From Dethiobacter alkaliphilus (GTDB taxonomy: Bacteria; Bacillota; Dethiobacteria; DTU022; UBA8154): 64,000 bases of DNA. The notes beneath the pieces were generated by a model. The model ran no database searches, had not been told where the DNA came from, and saw only the letters and a program-made list of their open reading frames with translations. The stretch spans positions 165,553 to 229,552 of the forward strand of contig JAENYV010000001.1 in the NCBI GenBank assembly GCA_016841605.1, written 5' to 3'. This document shows positions 28,505 through 37,757 of this stretch, in pieces (position 1 is the first letter of the stretch; each line of letters begins with the position of its first letter). Position numbers and translations under genes: made by a program.

Positions 28505-30502
28505 ATGATCAGCTTGAAGTTAATTATTTTAATTTCAGACATAAACAGCACCGGTCAGATCCTAAAGTCGTATGTTCCTCAGGATTTTGTCCTCCTGGAA
28601 GGCAGCGCGGACAACAGGGGAGCTGAGTTGCTTAAAAATATTTCCTCAGGTATTGTCCTTGTGGATACAAACGTTGCCGGAGCCTTGTCGTGGATGAAAG
28701 AGGTATACCCCTTCAAACCGGACCTTACATACATCGGCATCACCGGCGATGAAAGGAAAACAAACGACCTCTTTCACCTTTTTTATGAGATACTTTCTCC
28801 TCCCTTTAATCCTGCACAGGTCCAAAACCTGCTTAATCGCTCCTGGGAGAGGACTGTTTTACTGATGCAAAAAAATATGGAGCATGGTATCAGCGTGGAG
28901 AGGAGAAGCCGTAACTATGCTGCCGGCAGCGCTTACAGCCACAAAGAGCATATTCTGTGTAAGTTTTCGCGGGCTCTCGGAACAGACTTTAACTGCCGGC
29001 ATCTAATAGATCTTTTTCTCAGCATGCTGGAAGAATTGGTGCCTGTGAATAAGATATCGCTTTTACTGGCCGGCAGCAAGGATGGAGTTTATGAGATCGC
29101 CGCTCAAAGGGGGCTTGATTTGCAAATTGCTTCCAAACTGCGCTTCCATGCCAATGGGGGGTTAATTGCCTGGTTGTCAAGGGAGGGACGTATCCTCTAT
29201 TCCGATGGACGGCCCGCACAAGGGTTATTTGTTCAGGAGGCACTCCAGGAAATGAGCCTCCTCCACTCTCTGATCTCTATTCCTCTGCTGGCGCGGGGAC
29301 GCCTGGTGGGAGCACTAAATCTCGGCCCCAAGGTAACCGGCTATCTTTATAGCGATGATGAACTGGAGATCCTTTATATGCTGTCGGGAAACGTAGCTAC
29401 AGCCCTGCTGGACATAGATTTGCACCATCAGTTGCGCTATCAGAAACTTTATACCGAAAATATCCTTTTACGTATGAATAGCGGAGTTATTGGAATCGAC
29501 ATGCATGATAAAATTACAACTTTTAACGAACGAGCGGCAGAGATTTTGAAAATGAACTCAAGCGAGGTCATGCAGAAAGACTTACGCTGTTTACCCAGCC
29601 CTCTTGGCGATATGCTTTATCGGACCCGTTCCAGCGGAGAGGGTTGCGACCGGGAAAAACTTGAGCTGGTCAAAAATCGGCTTCCTCTGGAAATAAGTAC
29701 CTATCAGCTGGTTGACGAGGGGGATAATATTCTGGGCAGCGTGATGATTTTTGATAATATTTCCGAGCGGCGCCAGTTGGAACTGGAAAGACGCAAAGCC
29801 GACCAGCTTGATGTTCTCAATCGCTTTGTCGGCCAGCTTGCCCATGAAATTAAAAATCCCATGGTTGCCATTTTAACCTTTGCCGAGTTGCTACCGGAGA
29901 AATACAGTGATGAATCTTTCCGGGAACAGTTTGCCGGGACCGTGCAAAAAGAGGTTAAACGTTTAAATGATCTTGTGGAGCAACTTATTGATTTTTCCAC
30001 CCCCCTTTCTTATAAATACAGTGTGGAGGATATTCATGAAATTGTTGAACAGGGTCTACTCCTCGTACAGGAACAGGACAGTACGGTTGAAGTTACTATT
30101 AAATTTACCCGTCATGAAAAGAAATTGCTTGTAAGGGCCGACCGGACACTTCTTTCCAGGGCTTTCGCCTATCTGATCCATCTTTTTGGTCACACCCTGT
30201 CACGGGGCAACGTTTTATTTATTCAAGTAGAGCTTCGCCCTTCTCTTTTTGCGGAAGGCGGCATCAGCCTTTCCTTCCGGTCCCCTGAGGCAAAGTTGGA
30301 AAAAGAACACGTGGAGAAGATTTTTGACCCCCTTTTATTTCCACAGGAGCAGAGCATCTCGTTGGGACTGCCCGTTAGCAGGAAGATTGTAGAAGACCAT
30401 GGCGGAAGGATGAAAGCGTCTTTAAGCCGGGATGGATATCTGATCATTGATGTAGAGCTTCCTATCACAGATAACAAAGCGCAGGTGAAATCTCTTGACT
30501 AA
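28505..30502 (+). CDS. Cytoplasmic kinase-like protein: pseudo-receiver - GAF - PAS - HisKA - degenerate HATPase_c
   Basis: The ATG at 28505, 5 nt after the upstream stop, is preferred over the listed 28349. The H-box is intact (VGQLAHEIKNPMVAI). The N-box Asn is absent (AFAYLIHLFGHTL) and the DxGxG G1 box is absent (LSFRSPEAKLEKEHVEKIFDP). The N-terminal REC-like fold lacks the conserved Lys (EILSPPF). Confidence 0.75.
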   Translation: MISLKLIILISDINSTGQILKSYVPQDFVLLEGSADNRGAELLKNISSGIVLVDTNVAGALSWMKEVYPFKPDLTYIGITGDERKTNDLFHLFYEILSPPFNPAQVQNLLNRSWERTVLLMQKNMEHGISVERRSRNYAAGSAYSHKEHILCKFSRALGTDFNCRHLIDLFLSMLEELVPVNKISLLLAGSKDGVYEIAAQRGLDLQIASKLRFHANGGLIAWLSREGRILYSDGRPAQGLFVQEALQEMSLLHSLISIPLLARGRLVGALNLGPKVTGYLYSDDELEILYMLSGNVATALLDIDLHHQLRYQKLYTENILLRMNSGVIGIDMHDKITTFNERAAEILKMNSSEVMQKDLRCLPSPLGDMLYRTRSSGEGCDREKLELVKNRLPLEISTYQLVDEGDNILGSVMIFDNISERRQLELERRKADQLDVLNRFVGQLAHEIKNPMVAILTFAELLPEKYSDESFREQFAGTVQKEVKRLNDLVEQLIDFSTPLSYKYSVEDIHEIVEQGLLLVQEQDSTVEVTIKFTRHEKKLLVRADRTLLSRAFAYLIHLFGHTLSRGNVLFIQVELRPSLFAEGGISLSFRSPEAKLEKEHVEKIFDPLLFPQEQSISLGLPVSRKIVEDHGGRMKASLSRDGYLIIDVELPITDNKAQVKSLD

Positions 30503-31568
30503 TGATTCATGCATACTCATTGTAGACGATGAACTTGGACCGCGTGAAGCGCTACGTATGATTTTACGGGACAATTACCGGGTTACCGTGGCGGCTTCCG
30601 GAAAAGAAGCACTGGATTGTTTTGCCGGAAAGGAATACGACCTGGTTATCCTGGATATTAGAATGCCTGATATAAATGGCGTTGATCTTCTGGCGGAGAT
30701 AAAAAAGAAAGCACCGGAGACCGAGGTTGTAATGATAACTGCTTATGCTTCCGTGGAAACGGCTACAAAAGCCTTGCGCTACGGTGCCCTTGATTACCTG
30801 ATTAAACCTTTTGACCGTGCTTCAGTGCTGAATGTTGTGGAGAAAGGCCTGTCGCGCCGCAGCAATACGCGCGGCATGAGGGATAAACTGAAAGAACTTC
30901 AGCTCGCCAATAAAACTCTTGAGAAAGAAGTGGAGTATGCTTATAAAAACATTCAAGGCCATTATTCGGAAACCGTATCATCCCTGGTGGCGGCAGTAGA
31001 TGCCAAGGATGCTTATACCAAGGGACATCAGGAAAGAATCGCCAGGTTTGCACAGCTTATCGGCCAAAAAATCGGTTGCTCCGCAGAAGAAACGGAGTTA
31101 ATCAAGCAGGCCGCTATCCTTCATGATATAGGCAAAATTGGTGTTCCGGAAGCAATTCTCATGAAACAGGACGCTTTAACCGACGAAGAATATGAGATCA
31201 TAAAAAAACACCCTGTGATCGGGGCAAAAATTCTTTCTCCCGTGCAGTTCTTAAAAGAAGTGGTTCCGCTGGTTTTCTTTCATCATGAAAGGTTTGATGG
31301 AACAGGATACCCCAGGGGTCTTAAGGGATCCCAAATACCCCTGAGTGCCCGGGTCATTTGTATTGCCGACGCAGTGGATGCCATGCTTTCCCAACGGCCA
31401 TATTCCCGTGCAAAAACAGTAGAAAAAGTAAAGGAAGAGTTGCTGCGCTGCTCGGGAACGCAATTTGATCCCCAGTTGGTGGATGTTATCATCAAAAACG
31501 ACCTTCTTTCTGTTTACCTTCTTTTAGTAGAGACCCATGAAGCTTCGTCTTCATCATCGGACGGATGA
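30495..31568 (+). CDS. Response regulator with HD-GYP domain (RpfG-type c-di-GMP phosphodiesterase)
   Basis: REC features: ILIVDDE, LVILDIRMPDING and LIKPF. HD-GYP features: GHQERIA, ILHDIGKIGVPEAIL and HHERFDGTGYPRGL. The TTG start overlaps the upstream stop. Confidence 0.9.
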   Translation: MTNDSCILIVDDELGPREALRMILRDNYRVTVAASGKEALDCFAGKEYDLVILDIRMPDINGVDLLAEIKKKAPETEVVMITAYASVETATKALRYGALDYLIKPFDRASVLNVVEKGLSRRSNTRGMRDKLKELQLANKTLEKEVEYAYKNIQGHYSETVSSLVAAVDAKDAYTKGHQERIARFAQLIGQKIGCSAEETELIKQAAILHDIGKIGVPEAILMKQDALTDEEYEIIKKHPVIGAKILSPVQFLKEVVPLVFFHHERFDGTGYPRGLKGSQIPLSARVICIADAVDAMLSQRPYSRAKTVEKVKEELLRCSGTQFDPQLVDVIIKNDLLSVYLLLVETHEASSSSSDG

Positions 31569-31661
31569 AAATAGAAGAACATTAGAAGCCGAGGTTTGCT
31601 TTCAAAAGAGCGGTTTTTTTGCTATAATGTACCACAATGAGCGGTGTCGGGAGGATGACAC

Positions 31662-32828
31662 ATGGTTAAAAATTTTTCCAATGAATTTAAAATAGCTCTC
31701 CAGCTGGAAGGGGAAAAGTCTCTTTCCGGAAATGACCTTTTTACTCTCTTAGAAAATATCATGCTTTCCGGTTCGATCAGCAGTGCAGCGGCGCGGATGG
31801 GTGCCTCTTACCGCTATTGCTGGGGGCTGATCCAGGGGGCGGAAAAAACTCTGGGTCTTACATTGGTAGATAAGCAGGTAGGCGGGGTAGCCGGTGGGGG
31901 AACTTCACTGACACCTCAGGGAAAAGAGTTGCTTGAGCAGTATAAGGCTTTTAAACAGGAAGTTGACAGTCAGTTAAAACACTTCCTGGCCCGGACCGGT
32001 AGTACGCCCTCTCAAGATGTTTTTGTCTCAGCCGGACAGCCCGAAAAAGCGGATGAGAGGACTGCTGTGCGGCACCTCTTACTGGCCAGTACTATGGAAG
32101 CAGTGGAAACCGGGCTGATGGATCTTTTGGAAGAGGCTTTTTTCCATACCAGCAGTATCCTGGTCAGGCATATCTCCATCGGCAGCGGACGAGCTTTGCA
32201 GATTGCCAGGGAAGGCCGCGTCGATGTGGTGCTTTCTCATGCTCCGGAACTGGAGAAGTCCTTTATGGACGAGGGCTGGGGAGTAGAAATGATCCCCATC
32301 ATGGCCAATGATTTTGTTATTGCCGGCCCTCTATCCGACCCGGTGGGGGTATCTGAACTGTCCGGTGCGGTAGAGGCTTTCAGAAAGATCGCTTCCTCCC
32401 AGGTGCCCTTTATTAGCCGCGGCGACAGTTCGGGGACCCACCAGCGGGAAAAGGAAATTTGGAAACAGGCGGGGATAATTCCCGAAGGACAGTGGTATAC
32501 CAAATCTTCGGGAATGGTGGGAAATCTGGGAGCCTTACATCTGGCCAGGGAAAAAGAGGGCTATACTCTTGTTGACCGGGCGACCTTTCTTATTTCCCGT
32601 GAGGAAAAAATGATTATTTTTCCTCCTGGAGAAAAAGCAAATGATCCGGCCTGGACCCTGGAAAATATTTTTGTCCTAACCATAGTCAACCCGGAGCGTG
32701 TTCCCGGAGTCAAACTCGCTGATGCGCGGCTTTTTGCCCGCTGGCTGCTGGAAAGGGAAGGGCAGGAGCTTATTTCCTCTTTCGGCCGTGAAACTTTTGG
32801 AACCCCTCTTTTTTCCAGAGTTACCTGA
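31662..32828 (+). CDS. ModE-type winged-helix regulator fused to a tungstate/anion PBP-like domain
   Basis: The N-terminus LLENIMLSGSISSAAARMGASYRYCWGLIQGAEKTLGLTLVDKQVGGVAGGGTSLTPQGKELL is the ModE/LysR-like HTH_1 domain. The C-terminal ~250 aa (..ISRGDSSGTHQREKEIW..) resembles TupA/PBP_like_2 binding proteins. No signal peptide. Confidence 0.7.
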   Translation: MVKNFSNEFKIALQLEGEKSLSGNDLFTLLENIMLSGSISSAAARMGASYRYCWGLIQGAEKTLGLTLVDKQVGGVAGGGTSLTPQGKELLEQYKAFKQEVDSQLKHFLARTGSTPSQDVFVSAGQPEKADERTAVRHLLLASTMEAVETGLMDLLEEAFFHTSSILVRHISIGSGRALQIAREGRVDVVLSHAPELEKSFMDEGWGVEMIPIMANDFVIAGPLSDPVGVSELSGAVEAFRKIASSQVPFISRGDSSGTHQREKEIWKQAGIIPEGQWYTKSSGMVGNLGALHLAREKEGYTLVDRATFLISREEKMIIFPPGEKANDPAWTLENIFVLTIVNPERVPGVKLADARLFARWLLEREGQELISSFGRETFGTPLFSRVT

Positions 32829-32902
32829 TCCGCCTTATTAGGCCGTGCGGATTTTTTTGTAACCGCTATGCAATTTAATGCATATCCGATGACTTGATAA
32901 TA

Positions 32903-32931
32903 TTGACACCCATTTCTTTTTTAAATATAAT
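32903..32931 (+). promoter_or_regulatory. Consensus sigma-A promoter (TTGACA-17 nt-TATAAT) ahead of the 33096 operon
   Basis: TTGACA at 32903-32908, an exactly 17-nt spacer, and TATAAT at 32926-32931. This leaves a ~160-nt leader before the TTG start at 33096. Confidence 0.65.
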
Positions 32932-33095
32932 AGCACATGGAAGGTTCATCGCGGTGGACACTACTTGAAGGAGATGAAACAAACAGAAAAAAGAAAAATT
33001 AAGGGGCAGGCTGAAATTCTATCTTTTTGTACCGGTATATGCTGTCGTTATGTCAAAATAGGCATAATGCCTGCTTAATAAAGGAGGAGGAGACA

Positions 33096-34253
33096 TTGAA
33101 AAAGTTTATCCAATTACTACTTATTGCAGTAATGATTTTATCAATCTTTATGGGAACCTGGGGTTGTACGGCCCAGCCGGAGGAAACTGCCCCGGCGACG
33201 TCCGGTGAGGAGATATCGGCAACTCCTGAGGAGACTACACCCGCGACACGGGAGGTAGTGGACCTCGCGGAGAGAACCGTGACCGTTCCTGCGGAACCAA
33301 AGAAAGTAGCAACAATGCAGGGCCCAACGTATGAGATGGTTTTTATGCTGGGAGCCAAAGACCGGATAGGTCTTGTCAGGGATGACCATCCAACTGCTTA
33401 TCCTCTCGCCCTGTTGACCAATCCTGACCTTGCGAACTATCCGACCATTGCCGGTGTCGGGCCCCAGAGCCCGGTTAATGTGGAAGAATTTATTAATAAA
33501 GGGGTTGACCTGGTTATCTACTGGAACATTGAACAGGAACTCACGAAGTTTGATAATGCCGGCATCCCCGCGCTTGTGATAAACTGGTCGACTTTTCAGC
33601 CGACTAATATTGAGGAAGCTCTTATGGACTCCAAGAAACAGATTTCATTCCTTGCGGACGTGCTGGGCGGCAAGGCGCCCGAGCGCTATGCAGATTGGGA
33701 AAGCTATCTTGACGAGACCGTTGAATTTATCCGGTCCCGTACGGCACAAATTCCGGAAGATGAACGCCCTGTTGTCTACTGGGGCAATAGTTGGGGTCCC
33801 AATATCCTTTCCACATGGCCTCTTACGCCGAAACAATTTGAAGTGGAACTTTGCGGCGGCAAGCTTGTCAGCGTAGAAAAGGGCGGCCAGTTTCCGGAGA
33901 CAACCAAAGAACAGTTGCTCGCCTGGGAGCCTGAAGTAATTATTGTTGATAATCACGGAGGGAGTCCGGAACAAGTTATTGAAGAGCTTAAGAGCAGCGC
34001 AGACTGGGCTTCATTGCCCGCGGTCAAGAATGACCGTCTCTATCGCATACCTGCCGGCGTCTTCTTCCTGGATAAAGGAACCAGCCGTACTGTCTATTAC
34101 TACTGGCTGGCAAAACAACTGCATCCCGATCTGTTCGAAGATGTTGACTTGATTAAGGAATTAAAGTACTACTTCAAGACTTTCTATGATTATGAGCTGA
34201 CCACGGAGGAGGGCGAAAAAGTGCTCGCGGGCTGGGCGGAAACAAGAAAATAA
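33096..34253 (+). CDS. ABC transporter substrate-binding lipoprotein, FecB/BtuF (cluster A/type III) family
   Basis: TTG start 6 nt after AAGGAGGAGGAG, in frame with the listed 33027. Signal peptide plus Cys (MGTWGCTAQ) and an E/T/P-rich linker. The Peripla_BP_2-like body contains PEVIIVDN. Confidence 0.75.
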   Translation: MKKFIQLLLIAVMILSIFMGTWGCTAQPEETAPATSGEEISATPEETTPATREVVDLAERTVTVPAEPKKVATMQGPTYEMVFMLGAKDRIGLVRDDHPTAYPLALLTNPDLANYPTIAGVGPQSPVNVEEFINKGVDLVIYWNIEQELTKFDNAGIPALVINWSTFQPTNIEEALMDSKKQISFLADVLGGKAPERYADWESYLDETVEFIRSRTAQIPEDERPVVYWGNSWGPNILSTWPLTPKQFEVELCGGKLVSVEKGGQFPETTKEQLLAWEPEVIIVDNHGGSPEQVIEELKSSADWASLPAVKNDRLYRIPAGVFFLDKGTSRTVYYYWLAKQLHPDLFEDVDLIKELKYYFKTFYDYELTTEEGEKVLAGWAETRK

Positions 34254-34277
34254 TCGGATAAAATCGGAGGGAAGGTC

Positions 34278-35366
34278 ATGCGCACTACAACGAATACGAT
34301 AAAGCCAACGCCGGTCCAAAAACAGAAGAACCTGAACGAACAAACGGAGACGGAGAAACTTTCCTGCACTAAAATGGCATTGCTCATCGGCCTTCCCCTG
34401 CTTTTCTTCTTTATTTCTCTATTTTTGGGTCGTCACTTCATAGACCCGCTTACCGTTTTAAAGATCCTGGGGCAAAAGTTGCTCTCCTTACCTCTAGAGA
34501 CGACATGGACCGATACCATGGAAACGGTTGTCCTGCGCATCAGAATGCCCCGTGCCATCATGGCGGGTGCGGTCGGTGCCGGTCTTTCCATTTCCGGCGC
34601 CGCGTTTCAGGGGATGTTCCATAATCCTTTGGTGAGCCCCTTTGTCCTAGGCGTTTCTTCCGGAGCCGGCTTTGGCGCTGCACTGGCTATAGTTATGGAG
34701 GGCTCCATGCTGATGATTCAGCTGTTGGCATTTTTATTCGGTATAATCGCCGTCACCATCACCTATTGTACAAGCCGTATCTACAAAACAACCCCCATTT
34801 TGATGCTCGTCCTCTCCGGTATTGTTGTCTCCGCGCTCTTTCAGTCTCTGCTTTCTTTGCTCAAGTATACGGCAGATACGGAAGACAAGCTTCCTGCCAT
34901 TGTCTTCTGGTTAATGGGGAGTATGGGCAGTGTTAGCCTGGAGAATTTGCTCCCGGCTGTTGCCTCAATTGCCGCGGGCTGTCTTGGTCTGCTTCTTATC
35001 CGCTGGCGTTTCAACGTACTCTCTATGGGGGACCAGGAAGCCAGGTCTATGGGGATGAATACGGAATTGCTCAAGGGTATTATTATCGTCTGTACCACCA
35101 TTATCTCTTCCGTAGTAGTTGCTTTTTGCGGTATTATCGGCTGGGTGGGGCTGGTTATTCCCCACTTATGCCGTATGCTGGTAGGTCCCGATCACCGCGT
35201 GCTCATGCCCACTACTCTCTGTGTGGGAGCTGCCTATCTGATTTTTGTTGACAATATAGCCCGCATCATATCGCCGGCCGAGGTGCCTCTGGGTATTCTG
35301 ACCGCGCTGGTGGGCGCCCCGTTTTTTATGATTATGCTCAGGAAGACGAGAGGAGGCTGGGGATAA
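34278..35366 (+). CDS. FecCD/BtuC-family iron-chelate/corrinoid-type ABC permease
   Basis: A polytopic 362-aa protein. RMPRAIMAGAVGAGLSISGAAFQG and GILTALVGAPFFMIML are hallmark FecCD segments. Confidence 0.85.
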   Translation: MRTTTNTIKPTPVQKQKNLNEQTETEKLSCTKMALLIGLPLLFFFISLFLGRHFIDPLTVLKILGQKLLSLPLETTWTDTMETVVLRIRMPRAIMAGAVGAGLSISGAAFQGMFHNPLVSPFVLGVSSGAGFGAALAIVMEGSMLMIQLLAFLFGIIAVTITYCTSRIYKTTPILMLVLSGIVVSALFQSLLSLLKYTADTEDKLPAIVFWLMGSMGSVSLENLLPAVASIAAGCLGLLLIRWRFNVLSMGDQEARSMGMNTELLKGIIIVCTTIISSVVVAFCGIIGWVGLVIPHLCRMLVGPDHRVLMPTTLCVGAAYLIFVDNIARIISPAEVPLGILTALVGAPFFMIMLRKTRGGWG

Positions 35367-36184
35367 TGACGGCAAAGGTATCGGTTAGCTCTGCCTGCTT
35401 CAGCTATGGTGAGAAGGAAGTATGGAGGGATATCAATCTGAACGTGGAAAAAGGGGAAACCATCTGCCTGCTTGGTCCAAACGGCTGTGGTAAAACCACC
35501 CTTCTCAACTGCATACACGGGGACCTTGCCTTAAAAAGCGGAGATATCTATATTGACGGGCGCAATATCAAAACAATGGCGGTTACGGAGATTGCACGCA
35601 GCGTGGGTTACGTCTTTCAGGAGCACAGAGCGCCGTTTCCGTACAGTTCTCTTGAAGTGGTGAGAATGGGGCGTGCTCCTCATCTGGGTCTTTTCCAGGC
35701 TCCCTCCCGCGATGATACGGAGCTGGCTAGAAGCATCATGGAGGAGATGGGTATCGGTTACCTTGCGGCAAAACGCTATACCAACATATCGGGCGGGGAA
35801 CGTCAGCTTGTGCTTATCGCGCGGACGCTTTGTCAGCAACCGGAGATGATTTTGTTTGATGAACCGACCTCTCATCTTGATTTTAAGAACCAGGCACTTG
35901 TTCTCCGGACGATTAGCCGTCTGACCCGGAAAGGTCTCACCATTATTATGACAAGTCATTTTCCCAATCACGCCTGGCTGCTCAGCAGCAGGGTGGCCAT
36001 GATGGACAATAACGGCTTTGTGGCTCTGGGACCGGCGGAAGAGGTTATGACCGAAGAAAACCTGAGTGAAACTTACGGGGTGAGGGTTAAAGTCTACGAG
36101 GCCAAGGACGACCACAAGACTGTCAACTTCTGTACTCCGGAGTTCGTTCCGACGTCAAAGGGAGAGGGAGTCGATGATGATTAA
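35366..36184 (+). CDS. ABC ATP-binding protein (FecE/BtuD-type)
   Basis: Walker A GPNGCGKTT, signature ISGGERQLVLIART and Walker B ILFDEPTSHLD. One-nt overlap with the permease gene. Confidence 0.85.
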   Translation: MTAKVSVSSACFSYGEKEVWRDINLNVEKGETICLLGPNGCGKTTLLNCIHGDLALKSGDIYIDGRNIKTMAVTEIARSVGYVFQEHRAPFPYSSLEVVRMGRAPHLGLFQAPSRDDTELARSIMEEMGIGYLAAKRYTNISGGERQLVLIARTLCQQPEMILFDEPTSHLDFKNQALVLRTISRLTRKGLTIIMTSHFPNHAWLLSSRVAMMDNNGFVALGPAEEVMTEENLSETYGVRVKVYEAKDDHKTVNFCTPEFVPTSKGEGVDDD

Positions 36185-36222
36185 GCACGAAAATTTAAAA
36201 ACCTTTCAGCGGGGGAGATAAG

Positions 36223-36813
36223 ATGAAAAAGACGTTTTATAATCTTCTTCAGCCGATTTATCCTTTGCTTGCGCAGCAGTTTGTGGATGATTACGGTTTG
36301 CAAAGCGGCAGGTGTATTGATATAGGAGCCGGTCCCGGCTTTATCGGTATCGAACTGGCCAAAATAACCGATATGGAAATATATTTTGTCGACACTGTTG
36401 ATGAACAGCTGAAACTGGCGCAGGCTAATTTTTTAGCATCCGGAAGCGAAAATAAAGCGCATTTTATTAATTCCGATGTTCACCAATTGGCCTTTGAAGA
36501 TAACTTTGGCGATTTTATTGTCAGCAGGGGTTCGATCTGGTTTTGGCGGGAGCCCCGGGAAGCGTTAAAGGAAATATACCGTGTCCTTAAACCCGGAGGG
36601 ACAGCCTTAATTGGAGGAGGGCTCGGCAGATACGTTCCTGAAACAATGAGAAAACGCTTGATGGAAGCGAATCAGAAAAGACTGGCTGAGCGAGGAGAAA
36701 AAAGACCTACTTTGGCAGAGTTTCAGTTGATGGTGGAAGAGGCCCATTTACCCCATTATCTCGTTATCAGTGAAGAACCGGGAGTGGGAAGATGGGTCGA
36801 GATCAAGAAGTAA
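36223..36813 (+). CDS. Class I SAM-dependent methyltransferase
   Basis: CIDIGAGPGFIGIELA (motif I), FVDTVDE and LKPGGTALIGGG. Confidence 0.75.
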   Translation: MKKTFYNLLQPIYPLLAQQFVDDYGLQSGRCIDIGAGPGFIGIELAKITDMEIYFVDTVDEQLKLAQANFLASGSENKAHFINSDVHQLAFEDNFGDFIVSRGSIWFWREPREALKEIYRVLKPGGTALIGGGLGRYVPETMRKRLMEANQKRLAERGEKRPTLAEFQLMVEEAHLPHYLVISEEPGVGRWVEIKK

Positions 36814-36866
36814 GCGAAAATGAGTAGAGGAATAAATTTAAAGAAAGAAAGGGGAGTGAGAAACCT

Positions 36867-37757
36867 GTGAACCGCATACTTATTCACACCCCCATCAACA
36901 TCCGGAAAGCCCTTGTAGACGCTTTAAAACAGCATCTTAAGGAATTTAGGAATAAGCACGGGATGGAGATAAGCGTAGAAACTCCCGGCCATAACCATGC
37001 GGAAAACTGGCTGGTTAAGTGTATGGAAGAAGGTTCATTTCCGGATATGGTGATAGCCCATGCTACTGATTTCGCTCCTTTAAACCGGCAGCAGCTTAAA
37101 GAAATATTCCTGCCCGTCGGGGAACGGTTTCCTTTGCGGAGGGAGTTGGATAGGTTCCGGGAAGAAGGAGGGCTTTTAAATCCTGTTTTCCTCGTTCCCC
37201 TTGTCATTGCTTGCAACACCGACATGGTCGATGAGGCAAAGAGGCCGGAAAAATGGGAAGACCTGCTTAAATCTGAATGGGAAAATATGGTAACTTTTCC
37301 TGCCGGTGAAACGCCCATCTCCCAGGCGGTCCTCTCTTTCCTTGCCGACAAGTATCCGGATAAATTCAGAGATTTTTTCCCTTCCATTGTCTTTCAGAGC
37401 TCTGTTCCGGAGGTTCTCCAGTCTATGGGAGCGGGAAATTTCCCCCTGGCTGTGGCCAATATTTCTTTTGCCAAAATGCTCCGTCAGAAACATGTCATAC
37501 CTTTATGGCCCCGGGAAGGAGCCGTGTGTATTCCCCAGGTAGCGGTCTGGTCCCGCAACGCCGATAAAAGACTGCTGGAGCTTGGCGAATTTTTCCGCAG
37601 CCGGCAGTTGCAGGAACTGTTTGCCCACCAGGGCTTTATTCCGGTAATTCCCGAAGTTTCTTTGCCGGCGGAATTGCCCGGTCGGAATTTTTCTTTCACC
37701 TGGGAAGGCTGGGACCCGTTTCTGGAAAGTATCAGGAAAGGTTGTGGCGCCCGGTGA
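36867..37757 (+). CDS. Cytoplasmic periplasmic-binding-protein-like protein (no signal peptide), function unknown
   Basis: GTG start and no hydrophobic N-terminus. Overall resemblance to type II SBPs (..PDMVIAHATDFAP..VPLVIACNTDMV..WEDLL..). Weak call. Confidence 0.4.
   Translation: MNRILIHTPINIRKALVDALKQHLKEFRNKHGMEISVETPGHNHAENWLVKCMEEGSFPDMVIAHATDFAPLNRQQLKEIFLPVGERFPLRRELDRFREEGGLLNPVFLVPLVIACNTDMVDEAKRPEKWEDLLKSEWENMVTFPAGETPISQAVLSFLADKYPDKFRDFFPSIVFQSSVPEVLQSMGAGNFPLAVANISFAKMLRQKHVIPLWPREGAVCIPQVAVWSRNADKRLLELGEFFRSRQLQELFAHQGFIPVIPEVSLPAELPGRNFSFTWEGWDPFLESIRKGCGAR

Noticed and set aside
32932-33095. ~160-nt leader between the consensus promoter and the FecB-like gene as a possible cobalamin or Moco riboswitch
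   Set aside because: I could not find a B12 box (GCCACTG-like) or other conserved riboswitch cores by eye. Only a small hairpin (AGGCAT-aa-TGCCT) sits next to the RBS. It needs an Rfam/Infernal scan and is not supportable from reading alone.
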